A stretch of DNA of 64,000 nucleotides from Deinococcota bacterium (GTDB lineage: Bacteria > Deinococcota > Deinococci > Deinococcales > Thermaceae), in NCBI GenBank assembly GCA_041695225.1, contig JBGFRI010000003.1:32001-96000 (forward strand), in the 5' to 3' direction. The translations under genes and the position numbers were made by a program. This document shows positions 38,152-47,726 of this stretch, one piece after another. The notes under the pieces are model-generated. The model ran no database searches. It was not told the origin of the DNA and saw only the letters and a list, made by a program, of their open reading frames with translations. Numbering within the stretch: position 1 is the stretch's first letter; each line of letters starts with the position of its first letter.

Positions 38152-39868
38152 ACCTCTGTATCTCCTCCTGCACCCTGCGGTGCAGGGCTAGATGTGCTGG
38201 TGTACTGGTTGGAGCTATCTTGTAGACAAACTCCCGCCGGGCCTGGTGGTAAGCAGTCTCGCCCCAGAAGTTGCGGCCCATCTGGGCCAGCTCCTCAATC
38301 CGGTAACGCTCAAGGCTCTTGCGCTCTCGGTCTGCCTTTAGGCCCTGCTGCTTCAAGGCTAGAGTAGCTGAGAGGATGTCCGGGTGCAGGGCCTGCCATA
38401 GCTGTTCCTGTACCTTCTCGGCAAAAGCCCCCCTGTCTCCAGGCAGCAAAACATCTACCAGGCCAATCCGCAGCGCTTCTTCATCACCCAGGGGCAGCAA
38501 GCCGTTGGTTAATTGCTGGGCAGTGCGCTGGCCAACCCGGCGCGGCAACAGATAAGTCCAGTATTCCGAGCCATACAGGCCCCCCATCCCCTTGTAGTGG
38601 GGATTCAGCACCACACCCCGGCGCAGCAGCACCCGGTCAGCGGCCAGGGCCAGGATCACTCCACCCGCACCGGCATTTCCTCGCACCGCCGAGAAGACCA
38701 GCTGCTGCTCCATTTCCAGCAGCTCCAGCACCACGTCGTTGATAGCATTGATGCTCTCCCAGCTCTCCAGGGCTGGATCTTTCGCCGCCTCGATGGCCCC
38801 CAGATGGATGCCGTTGCAAAAAGCGTCATGGCCGCCCCACAGCACCAGGGCTGCGATGGGCCGCTGTTTAGCCGTCCGTATCGCTTCCCGCAGACTCCGA
38901 GCCTGCTCAGTGTTGAAAGCCCCGCCCTGGAACTCCCAGGCCAGGTGCCCTACCAGCTGATGGTAGGGGGCACAGTTCACTGTCTCTTCCCAGTAGCGGA
39001 TCTCCTGGTAGCCAGCAGCGCCCCACCGCTCCGGTATCCCGGCCAGGCGGTCCCCCAGCACCTGAGTAGCCGGCAGTTTAATACCGCCTTTGGTCTTCAG
39101 ATGGCTGATCCATACTGCGCCATCCAGTGTCCGCCGCAGGATCGCGCCGTTCTGGTGAGCCAGCACCTCACCCGGCCTACCCTGGCCTACCGGCTCGTAG
39201 TGCACCTGGGCCCCGTAGAGATAGCAGGTAAGGTCCAGCACCTGATCCAGTACACCAGGGGAGCCATCTGCCGCCTGGATGCGCCGGATAACCTCCTGGG
39301 TTGGCATTGTAGCCCAGTCAATCGCCCGGTCTTTCTGCTTGATCACCGGGTGCAGCACCCCCCAGGCCCCCTCGAGGTCCTTCAAAGGAGTAGGCTGCCA
39401 CTCACCCTGCCGCCAGGCTGGAAAGTGGTGAAGGGCCTCGAGGACACACTCCACCGCCGCCTCTACTACCTCATTCTGGTAGATCGAGCTTTTAGGAGCC
39501 TGGCGCATGGGAAACTCCCGCCAGGCCCAGACATCCCCGGCATCCATCTCGGCGTTGGCCTGCAACAGGGTCACTCCCCAGCGGGGCTGGCCCTGCATGA
39601 TGGCGTAATCCAGGCTGTACGCGCCTCGATCTCCGCGCACCCCAGGATGCACAATCAGGGTTGGATAGCGGCTCCAGATGCTCTCCGGCACTGCCGCTTT
39701 GAGAAATGGCGCAAGGATCAGATCGGGCTGGAAGAGTGCCACCGCCTCCTCCATCAGCACATCACTGATAGCAAATTCAACACTCACGGTATGCCCCAGC
39801 CGGGTTAGCTCGATCTGGAAGCGCTGGCTCATCGAATTGTGGGATGTAGTCAGGAACAGAACACGCAT
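38138..39868 (-). CDS. hypX: hydrogenase maturation factor HypX/HoxX (formyltransferase + enoyl-CoA hydratase domains)
   Basis: HNSMSQR, HPGVRGDRG, MDAGD, NGIHL, GNAGAGG and NPHYKGMGGLYGSEYWTY motifs. Confidence 0.9.
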   Translation of the reverse strand: MRVLFLTTSHNSMSQRFQIELTRLGHTVSVEFAISDVLMEEAVALFQPDLILAPFLKAAVPESIWSRYPTLIVHPGVRGDRGAYSLDYAIMQGQPRWGVTLLQANAEMDAGDVWAWREFPMRQAPKSSIYQNEVVEAAVECVLEALHHFPAWRQGEWQPTPLKDLEGAWGVLHPVIKQKDRAIDWATMPTQEVIRRIQAADGSPGVLDQVLDLTCYLYGAQVHYEPVGQGRPGEVLAHQNGAILRRTLDGAVWISHLKTKGGIKLPATQVLGDRLAGIPERWGAAGYQEIRYWEETVNCAPYHQLVGHLAWEFQGGAFNTEQARSLREAIRTAKQRPIAALVLWGGHDAFCNGIHLGAIEAAKDPALESWESINAINDVVLELLEMEQQLVFSAVRGNAGAGGVILALAADRVLLRRGVVLNPHYKGMGGLYGSEYWTYLLPRRVGQRTAQQLTNGLLPLGDEEALRIGLVDVLLPGDRGAFAEKVQEQLWQALHPDILSATLALKQQGLKADRERKSLERYRIEELAQMGRNFWGETAYHQARREFVYKIAPTSTPAHLALHRRVQEEIQRYDHA

Positions 39869-39917
39869 CTGTAAACCTCAATCGGCAAAACACTCTGAAG
39901 GTGGTGTGACAGCATCT

Positions 39918-40118
39918 CTACCCCAGGATCGCCACCCCCAGAACAACCAGCACAAGACCGGCCACGAACAACACTGGCCCAAGCCAGCGTGTCACCAGTG
40001 CTTCCAGCCGGGAACCACCCTGCACCGACGGCTGAAAAAATCCCGGTAGGGCGATAATCGCTGTCAACACCATGAACAACCCCACTACGATCAAGGGCCA
40101 GGCCAGCAACGTAAGCAT
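39918..40118 (-). CDS. small two-TM membrane protein
   Basis: Two hydrophobic helices; GATAGGAG upstream. Confidence 0.6.
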   Translation of the reverse strand: MLTLLAWPLIVVGLFMVLTAIIALPGFFQPSVQGGSRLEALVTRWLGPVLFVAGLVLVVLGVAILG

Positions 40119-40228
40119 CTCTCACTCTCCTATCAACAGAGTATATATCAGCAAAACTGGAGAGCACTACCAGCGTCTCATAAACAAAAAAGAGCAGGAC
40201 ATCCTGCTCTTTTTCTCAGCGTCTCTTG

Positions 40229-41480
40229 CTATACCCGAGCCAGCCGGTGAGCCATAATCTCACCATGATGGCGGTCCTGCGCAATTGTCGCACCAATTGC
40301 TTCCAGGCTACCAGTCAGTAGGACATGGGTGTTGACCTGCTTCACCGCTGGCTCCAGGACAGCCAGACGGTACTGGTCATCCCCGCTATCCCTTTCCAGG
40401 ATAGCCAGTGGCACACCACAAACTATGCCCAGGTAGACATATACCCGGGTTTTAGCCAGGCTGGAAAGGACCCCGAGATGACCACCCTGCCCGAACAGCT
40501 CAATGTCCTCAAGCGTCAGGCTGGAGAGAGCTTCCCAGGCGGTAGCGCCAGTCCGGTACAGAAGCCACAGCGGAATATCCCTCGCATTAGGCTCAGTGTA
40601 CCTCACTGCAATTATCTGGGAGTTTGGCGCAACTACCTCCTGAGCCTGCTTGTCCACAGTGCTCGTTAGCAATTTTCCGCTAACAGCTCTCAGCCAGTAC
40701 AGGCAGGTTGGATCATCAGGACGAAGGTGGCCCGCACGCAGCAACTTTTTCAGCCGCGGCAAGTGGGCCACCGCCTCCTGGACTTCCGGGGCCTACCAGA
40801 ATAGGTTCAGAACCGGCGTAAAAGAGCCCCCAACGGCCGTCATCCCGCATCCAGGAAGCAACATTATCCCAGCTTGGAGGAACCTCAGGCCACTCCTTCC
40901 AGTGTACCAGACGCCAGTTGTCCAGCTGCCTGACCTCCTCCAGGGTATGGTCATCCAGCCAGGCCTGCATAGCCGGGGAAAGCTCTTGGTCCTCAGTGTG
41001 GTATAGCGTTCGTCCGTTGCGATCCAATATCTCGCTGTCAACGACATACAGGTCGTCAACCGGCTTGAACTTATACCGAGGCTGCAGGCCGTGCTGGGGA
41101 AAAAGCCGCCAGACCTGCAGTCCAAGAAGCTGTGAGCTGTTTAGGCCATGTGCAGCCAGGGCCAGAGTAGGCGCTCCTCTGGCCTCGAGCTGCTCCAGGC
41201 TGACCGGCTGGCCCAGGTAGTAAACCTGCGTATAGGAGCAGCCCAACGCTGGACCGTAAGGCCGGTAGCCAGGTACTTCCCTCTCCCGCCCCCTCACCCA
41301 GAAAAAGAATCGGTGCAGAAAGTCCAGTGGAACCGGCCCGCCCGCCCGGTACTGCTGAACCAGGATGGCCAGCTCCTCCTCAGTTGCCTGGGGTGGCAGA
41401 AGCGGCTGGGTATCCCAGATGTGGGCGATAAGCTCATCCTTCCAGAAAACCTGACCCCGGATAACTTCAAGTAATTTCAT
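40229..41480 (-). pseudogene. paralog family member 2, +1 frameshift near 40790
   Basis: ORFs 41480-40716 and 40771-40229 join if one C is removed from GGCCCC. Confidence 0.75.
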
Positions 41481-41572
41481 TCTGTCCTCCTATCGGCAAT
41501 TACTATACCACTCTCTTGACAACCTACCTTGAATATACTACCATATATTTCAAGTATCGAGCAGGAAATAAC

Positions 41573-41806
41573 ATGACACCCGAACAGCGCCTCAACGCAG
41601 AACTTGACGAAGCCCAGGCCAAAGCCTGGGATGCCCTCAGTCGCTACAAATTCCAAATGTTCGGCTACTGGGCTGCCATCTGGGTACACCTCAACCGGAT
41701 CAGCGATCAGAAGCGCCCGAACCCCTGGCGGGATCTGGTGCTAACCGCCAGAAACCGCACTCCAGCTGCTCATCAAGGAGAAGACACATGCACGGCCTCT
41801 TCCTGA
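41573..41806 (+). CDS. small hypothetical protein
   Basis: AGGA RBS; first gene of the tmk operon. Confidence 0.6.
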   Translation: MTPEQRLNAELDEAQAKAWDALSRYKFQMFGYWAAIWVHLNRISDQKRPNPWRDLVLTARNRTPAAHQGEDTCTASS

Positions 41807-42441
41807 CCTTTGAAGGCCCCGAGGGCGCGGGGAAATCTACCCAGGTCCAGCTCCTGGCTGCCTGGTTACAAGAGCAAGGATTGCCAGTGGTTCAGACCCG
41901 GGAGCCTGGTGGCACCAGGCTGGGGCAGGACATTCGTCAACTGCTGCTGCACCAGGGTCAGATGTGCGCCGAGGCCGAGTATCTGCTTTACTCCGCCGAC
42001 CGCGCCGAACACATGCGAACTCTCATCCGGCCCGCCCTGGCCCAGGGCCAGATTGTGCTGTGTGACCGCTGGCTCGATTCGTCGCTGGCTTACCAGGGCT
42101 TTGGACGGGGGTTAGACCTGGACTGGTTACGGACCGTGGCCGAGAAGACAATCCAGACCGTCTGGATCGGACGCCGCTTTGCTTTCCGCCCAGACAAAAC
42201 TTTCCTGTTCGATCTGCCACCCGAGGTTGGCTTAGCGCGGCTCGCCAACCCGGACCGGCTGGAGCACGAGAGCATCGAGTTTCACCGGCGGGTGCGGCAG
42301 GGCTACTTAACGCTGGCCGCCGCTGAACCCGAGCGCTTTGTGGTGCTGGATGCAACCCAGGCTCCACAGGCCCTGCAAGCCCAGCTGCGTAAGCAGCTAC
42401 TAGATCTACTGCCTGCTGTACTAATCGGAGGTTGCAGATGA
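41788..42441 (+). CDS. tmk: thymidylate kinase
   Basis: FEGPEGAGKST, TREPGGT, CDRW..SSLAYQG and FHRRVRQGY motifs. Confidence 0.95.
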   Translation: MHGLFLTFEGPEGAGKSTQVQLLAAWLQEQGLPVVQTREPGGTRLGQDIRQLLLHQGQMCAEAEYLLYSADRAEHMRTLIRPALAQGQIVLCDRWLDSSLAYQGFGRGLDLDWLRTVAEKTIQTVWIGRRFAFRPDKTFLFDLPPEVGLARLANPDRLEHESIEFHRRVRQGYLTLAAAEPERFVVLDATQAPQALQAQLRKQLLDLLPAVLIGGCR

Positions 42442-42893
42442 ACCGTGAAACAATAGCAGAACAAGCATACAGGCGATTTACCAAGCACATGGAGCGCTGC
42501 CAGCAGTGTGCTCAGGATGATCTGTGTCCTACCGGCCGTATACTCGAGTCCACCTGGTCACAGGCTGAGGACTCAGCTCAGCAGGTATTGTCAAATTGGT
42601 TTCCTGTCGAAGGGCAAGTTGTTTTTATAACTGGGCCCAGACCTTTATGCAGAACCGCGTCTGGCCTGGCTAACCCCGCTTTTCCTGGTGTTTTCATCTG
42701 CCAGCTTGAGCCGTTACAACGCTGGTACCTGATTCATCGGCAGAGTGGGCTAACAATTACTATAGCCGGCTACGCCACAGCCAATGAGGCTATAGCTGCC
42801 GCAGCTGCGTTGCAACATATAGACTGGCAGCGTTCTGCTACAGATTTCCAACGAGACGCCGAGGTCAGACGCACTGTAAGAAATATCAGCTAA
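42438..42893 (+). CDS. hypothetical protein
   Basis: ATGA overlap with tmk; H..RC..C....C motif. Confidence 0.6.
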   Translation: MNRETIAEQAYRRFTKHMERCQQCAQDDLCPTGRILESTWSQAEDSAQQVLSNWFPVEGQVVFITGPRPLCRTASGLANPAFPGVFICQLEPLQRWYLIHRQSGLTITIAGYATANEAIAAAAALQHIDWQRSATDFQRDAEVRRTVRNIS

Positions 42894-42905
42894 AAGGAGC
42901 AGTGT

Positions 42906-43457
42906 ATGGATCACAAAACAAGGCAGGCATTTACCACAGCCCACCGACTGGCCCAGTTTTACGGGCACGAATGGGCCCAGCGGGAACTGGAATTCCCAAC
43001 CTGGGCTAAAAGCCCGCGTGACCTTCAGGCCCACATCCGGGTAGAGACCCTGAAGGCCCGGGGTAATAACCTGCCCGGTATTGCAGAGCCAAACCTGCAC
43101 TGGGAACACCGGGCCCAGATGTGGGCAATATCCCACACGACCGCTACGGGCCGGACTATGTACCACATCACATGGGGAAAGGACAACCCCGCATGTCTCA
43201 CCGTTAACGTTTTCAGGCCGAATGACCTCGGGATGATTTACTACCGTCACCAAGCTGGAGCATCTGATGCAGAGGGATGGTGTAGCGGCACCCTCGAGGC
43301 CCGCCACTGGCTGGCCCTGGTCGAACCAATACACTGGCTCGACGGCAACCTGAACCAGCTCAAGATGGCCTTCCCAGACCGGCCCTGGGAGGCCTTCATT
43401 GAACCCTACGAGGAGGGGGAAGTCAGCTGGTGCAGCTATGCCATCAAGACACCCTAA
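42906..43457 (+). CDS. hypothetical protein
   Basis: AAGGAG RBS and ORF. Confidence 0.6.
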   Translation: MDHKTRQAFTTAHRLAQFYGHEWAQRELEFPTWAKSPRDLQAHIRVETLKARGNNLPGIAEPNLHWEHRAQMWAISHTTATGRTMYHITWGKDNPACLTVNVFRPNDLGMIYYRHQAGASDAEGWCSGTLEARHWLALVEPIHWLDGNLNQLKMAFPDRPWEAFIEPYEEGEVSWCSYAIKTP

Positions 43458-43644
43458 CTGGGGTGGACGCCGGCCCGGCGCCGGTCGTCCACCTACCCTT
43501 AGCAAAAAGCGCATCACCGCTATTGCCCTCTCCCCTGCTCTGCTGCAAGAGCTGGATAAGCTACGCGGGAGTATGTCCCGCTCAGCCTTTATCGAGCAGC
43601 TGCTGCGCGATGCCCTGGCCGGCAGACAGACCGAACAACCTTAA
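43438..43644 (+). CDS. small RHH/CopG-like DNA-binding protein
   Basis: WGGRRPGAGRP followed by ITAIALS...SRSAFIEQLL. Confidence 0.65.
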   Translation: MPSRHPNWGGRRPGAGRPPTLSKKRITAIALSPALLQELDKLRGSMSRSAFIEQLLRDALAGRQTEQP

Positions 43645-44198
43645 CTGCCCGCCTTGCCAGGCGCCAGTTTTTTCTGCGCCAGATAATGGGCCCTGGTAAT
43701 ACCCACCAGAAAAGCATCGAAGGCCTGGTAAGCGGTCTCCGGGCTTTTCCAGCGTTTCTTAGCCCGGTCCAGAATCCGCTCGCAGAGATAGACCTCGCCG
43801 GTAGTTAGTTTGGTGATGGTCTTGCGAGTCCGGGCGAGCTGTTCCTCAGGTACAGTCCCGACCAGCGTAGTCACGTAGTCCAGCAGTTTTTTGCGATACC
43901 GGACAGAGATATAACGCCGGTAACTGCGCCCACCCAGATAGCGTGTAGCCTCCTGCAACGCTAGCTCGGTAGCTTCCCGCAGGGAAAAACCCATGTACTG
44001 AGGGGCCTCGAGCTGCACCGCCATCTGCCAGCGCTGCCACGGCTTCAGGTGTTCTAAAGCCAGCAGGAACGTATGGGCAGTAGAATACTCTTCTGCCGAA
44101 AGAGCCAGCAAAATCGCTTCCTCCACAATAGCCCGGGAGTCCAAACGCCGGGTGTGGGCAATTAGAGCGTAAAGCAGATCACAGGCTACTGTCGGCAT
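43641..44198 (-). CDS. hypothetical protein downstream of the recD2-like gene
   Basis: Starts 1 nt after the helicase stop codon. Confidence 0.65.
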   Translation of the reverse strand: MPTVACDLLYALIAHTRRLDSRAIVEEAILLALSAEEYSTAHTFLLALEHLKPWQRWQMAVQLEAPQYMGFSLREATELALQEATRYLGGRSYRRYISVRYRKKLLDYVTTLVGTVPEEQLARTRKTITKLTTGEVYLCERILDRAKKRWKSPETAYQAFDAFLVGITRAHYLAQKKLAPGKAGS

Positions 44199-44199
44199 C

Positions 44200-46116
44200 T
44201 TACACTCCTTGCTGCAGCCAGGTTTCACGCTGGCTGGCCCGGCGGGTCAGGGCAGCCTGGTAGGCTTCCAGGTCACCATAGAGCCAGGCGCTCTGCTGGG
44301 CCCGGGTCAGGGCGGTATACAGCATCTCCCGGTTAGGAAAATGACCCTGCTCAGAGGAAAGGGCTATCAGGATATGAGGCCACTGGCTGCCCTGGGAACG
44401 GTGGATACTGATCGCATAGGCGTGGCGCAGGTGCTTGACGGCCTGGTGGGGAATGTGCTGACGACTGCTATCATCCAGCCGTACCAGCAGGGTATCCCTG
44501 TCCACCGCCTCCACCTCCATCATCTGCCCGTTGGCCAGGCCTAAGCTGTAATCATTACGCAGCTGGATCAGCGGATCGCCTACCGCCACTGGCAGCCCAT
44601 TCAACCAGAGAGACTCCCCACCAGGGTTCAGCTGTTCTTTGAGCGCTTTGTTCAGAGCGTCGATCCCCAGCTCACCCCGGTAAACCGGAGAAAGCACCTG
44701 AGGCCGGGTACCCTGCTGGTGCAAACGCCTTACATCCTCCAGAAGAGCAGCCTGGGCCTCGATAGGTTTACCCAGCCGCCAGGCCAGTCCCGGCTGGTTA
44801 TGCAGGGGTGGCAGTCGGCCCGCCTTGATCTCATAGGAGGCCAGGGTTACCGGGTGCTGCTGGCTACGCCGCTGTAGCTGGGTCAGCTGCACCTGTGGCA
44901 TACTCAACCGTAGCAGATCCTGAAAGGGAGCACCTGGCCCCACCGGGGGCAGCTGATCGGCATCTCCCACCAGCAACAGATGGGCCTGGGGAGGCAGGGC
45001 CCGCACCAGCGATGCCAGCAGCTCCACATCCGCCATGCTGGCCTCATCCACCACCACCAGATCGGCCTGGAGGGGGTTCTCTGCGGTATGGGCAAAGCTC
45101 TCCCCGTTCCAGCCCAGCTGGGCATGGATGGTATGGGCACCCCGCCGGGTCAGCTCCATCAGACGTACCGCAGCCTTACCGGTAGGAGCTAACAAAAGTA
45201 CCTCCTGCCGGGCTCGTTCGGCAGCCTCCACCAGGGCTGCACAGGTGAAGCTCTTGCCGGTACCAGGACCGCCGGTAAGCAGGGCGTGGCCGCGCTCCAC
45301 CAGGGGCCACAGGCTGCGCTGTTCCCCGGTCAACCCAGACGGAGGTGTAGTCAGCCGCAAGGGCGCTAGAGCGCGACGGCGGAAAAAGTCCAGTATGGTC
45401 CGCTCAGACTGAAAGTAACGCTCCAGGCCGAGGCGGGAACCTTTTTGGTGTATCACCGAGCCTACCAGGGGCCGGGCCCCCTCAGGCAACGGCTGGGAGT
45501 AGTCAGGCAGGGTGTGCCCTTGCTGGGACTGCTCTAGTAGCCAGACCAGCACCACTCCTTGAGGACGTAAGTGCTGTAGCTGGCGCCGCTGGGCCACCTG
45601 GTCTGCTTCAGCCAGGGGAAGGCCCTCGAGTACAAACAGATAAGGATTCTGAGCCAGCCGGCCCAGGTCTACCCGCCATAAGACGCGAGCCGACTCGGGA
45701 GACAGGCCCTGTTCCAACAGTGCGTACTCATTCTGAATACGCGGCCAGTCGGTCAGAATCTGCTGCAAGCGACGGCTGCTGGCAAAAGGTGCCAGTGCCA
45801 TAGGATTACCTTTCAATGCCTCACAGGCCACTGCCTCGCTCGGCCTGCGACGCAGATCCAGGCGCTCCTCAAGCCAGGCGGCAGCCTCGAGGCTTACCTC
45901 GACCTCCTTCAAGGCCCGCACCTGGTAGGTCAGGCCATAACGCGGATGCTCAAAACTGCTGAATATACCCTGCACCCAGGTTCCCGGCAACAGCGGAGGC
46001 AGCTCTCCTGCCAGCCGCACCCGTGCCCCTTCGAGCAGGATCTCCAGAACGGCAAAACTACCCTGGCGGTAGATTTCCTTTTCAACACGGGCCCGGCCAG
46101 AGGAAGCTTCTACCAT
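44200..46116 (-). CDS. RecD2-like SF1B helicase
   Basis: TGGPGTGKS, APTGKAA, VDEASM, GDADQL, AYAISIHRSQGS and LYTALTRA motifs. Confidence 0.92.
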   Translation of the reverse strand: MVEASSGRARVEKEIYRQGSFAVLEILLEGARVRLAGELPPLLPGTWVQGIFSSFEHPRYGLTYQVRALKEVEVSLEAAAWLEERLDLRRRPSEAVACEALKGNPMALAPFASSRRLQQILTDWPRIQNEYALLEQGLSPESARVLWRVDLGRLAQNPYLFVLEGLPLAEADQVAQRRQLQHLRPQGVVLVWLLEQSQQGHTLPDYSQPLPEGARPLVGSVIHQKGSRLGLERYFQSERTILDFFRRRALAPLRLTTPPSGLTGEQRSLWPLVERGHALLTGGPGTGKSFTCAALVEAAERARQEVLLLAPTGKAAVRLMELTRRGAHTIHAQLGWNGESFAHTAENPLQADLVVVDEASMADVELLASLVRALPPQAHLLLVGDADQLPPVGPGAPFQDLLRLSMPQVQLTQLQRRSQQHPVTLASYEIKAGRLPPLHNQPGLAWRLGKPIEAQAALLEDVRRLHQQGTRPQVLSPVYRGELGIDALNKALKEQLNPGGESLWLNGLPVAVGDPLIQLRNDYSLGLANGQMMEVEAVDRDTLLVRLDDSSRQHIPHQAVKHLRHAYAISIHRSQGSQWPHILIALSSEQGHFPNREMLYTALTRAQQSAWLYGDLEAYQAALTRRASQRETWLQQGV

Positions 46117-46211
46117 AACTATATGGTATATGAAGTGTCTACAGGAGACTGGGTAGCGTGAGAAGGTACTGGTATGGGTGTAAGAAAACTAACGGCTCTG
46201 CACGCAGAAAC

Positions 46212-46543
46212 AGGCATGTCCCCCACACAGTAGGGAAACAACAAACAGCTCGAGATCAGTCCTCGTCAGCTTGGTTTACCCCCACGGACGTAGGGAGAAC
46301 GGTGTTGATGTAAATCCCCAGTGCAGTAGCGACGGTACACCCCCACGCACGTAGGGGACATGAAACACACCGACTTCGCTAGGGTCATAGCGCGGTAAAC
46401 CCCCACGCACGTAGGGAACACCTGGGTGTGATCCTGGCGCTGACCTGGCCGCACGGTACACCCCCACGCACGTAGGGAACATCAGGTTGCTTCTGCTGGG
46501 CATTCACGTCCGGGCGGTACACCCCCACGCACGTAGGGAACAC
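46212..46543 (-). CRISPR. type I-E array 3: 6 repeats, 5 spacers of 31-32 nt
   Basis: Repeat consensus (G/A)TGTTCCCTACGTGCGTGGGGGTGTACCG at 46515, 46454, 46393, 46333; diverged copies at 46272 and about 46212. Confidence 0.95.
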
Positions 46544-46600
46544 ACTTGACCAGCACAGCAATCACGCCGTGCTAACCCCCTGAAGTCTCCACCCTGTCAA
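46544..46600 (-). promoter_or_regulatory. CRISPR leader (array 3)
   Basis: TTGACA..GAGACTTCAGGGGG..GTGCTGGTCAAG, homologous to the other two leaders. Confidence 0.8.
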
Positions 46601-46645
46601 AATCCGCAGGCCTGAAGCGTTGCCTGGCTAACAGCATATCACCAT

Positions 46646-47137
46646 CTACCCAGCCCGCAAGGAAGTTTCTGAGACCTCCCACAAACGATGCAATGCAATT
46701 CCCACCATCATGGCATCGCGCTCATCGGCATTGCTGCGCGGTAGCCCTACCACTAGCCGCTCCAGGATAGCCCGCGAAGTACGATCCGCCTCAGCAGCCC
46801 GCAGGAAGCTGCCTTTCCCCAACAACAAGCGCCGCCAGGAAAGAGGGCCGCTCGAAGGCACTCCCCGGTAGCCCAAGGCCAGCAGTCCCCCCACCGTGTA
46901 GGCAGTACGGTACAGGGCAGCCACCCGGGCCCCCCGTGGCAGATATTCTCCCAACAACTCCACCCCTGGCCGTGCCCCAGGAAAACGTTTTAGCAGCTCC
47001 TGGCCAGCCTGTAAAACCTGGCCGGCATCTTCCAGAAGCACCCGGCCCTTGTCCAGAAGTAAATAACGCCCACCTCTGGGCTCCAGTGCAGCCCAGGCAA
47101 ATCCTAGTGGGCGGGGATCAACCCCGAGTAGAACCAT
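46646..47137 (-). CDS. RuvC-like (RNase H fold) nuclease
   Basis: LLGVDP...GFAWA, GVE, SWRR and DERDA motifs. Confidence 0.7.
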   Translation of the reverse strand: MVLLGVDPRPLGFAWAALEPRGGRYLLLDKGRVLLEDAGQVLQAGQELLKRFPGARPGVELLGEYLPRGARVAALYRTAYTVGGLLALGYRGVPSSGPLSWRRLLLGKGSFLRAAEADRTSRAILERLVVGLPRSNADERDAMMVGIALHRLWEVSETSLRAG

Positions 47138-47183
47138 GCTACTAAACATTATAGTATACTGTTTGACGATAGGAGGAAGAAAA

Positions 47184-47606
47184 ATGGGAACAGACTGCTA
47201 CTATAACCTAAGCCAGGTTCAGGTGATGCCCGAAAAGCGGGCAATACTTGAGACACTGATCACCTCCGCCGGACAGAATACGCTCGGCCAGGATCACCTG
47301 CTCCTGGCGGCCCCCGCACTGCCAGCAGAAATGGCAGACGACATGCGTCTCGAGCCGTTAGCCCGTCTGGTGATTGAACCAGACGGTTCGCTGATCTTCG
47401 AGACAGAGGATCTGCCATGGAGAAACCTCTCCCCCGGCTCTATGGCAACGTTTTTGTCACACTTCTGCCAGCCGGGAGGGGTGCTGCTCGTCACAGTTGA
47501 TGACGAGCACTGGGGGTACCGACTCGAGGGAGCTGGCGCAATAAAACGCCTGGAACCGGCGCTAGTAGATCCGGACACGAAGGAGTTCGTGGAATGGCTC
47601 TACTAG
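47184..47606 (+). CDS. hypothetical protein
   Basis: TATACT-N7-GATAGGAGG upstream. Confidence 0.7.
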   Translation: MGTDCYYNLSQVQVMPEKRAILETLITSAGQNTLGQDHLLLAAPALPAEMADDMRLEPLARLVIEPDGSLIFETEDLPWRNLSPGSMATFLSHFCQPGGVLLVTVDDEHWGYRLEGAGAIKRLEPALVDPDTKEFVEWLY

Positions 47607-47726
47607 CACTTGCTGGGACTGGGAGGGAGATCCGCCAGGGCCGGCTCTACACCCTGGCCCGGTTCAAGCGCCTTCCCAGGCCCCCAATTCAGCTAACGCG
47701 GCAAAGCCGGAGAAGGGAGATGCTCC

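Noticed and set aside
38513..39808. 431-aa ORF antisense to hypX, and similar long shadow ORFs
   Set aside because: GC-rich antisense frames of real genes, with no motifs or RBS.
24030..40800. Programmed frameshifting at tnpB (about 24039) and paralog 2 (about 40790)
   Set aside because: Single extra bases in short homopolymers without slippery heptamers; more likely mutation or sequencing error.
26730..46514. Self-targeting by ordinary spacers
   Set aside because: By eye I found only short 9-12 nt matches (for example array 3 spacer 2 against hypX), as expected by chance. A computational search is still needed.
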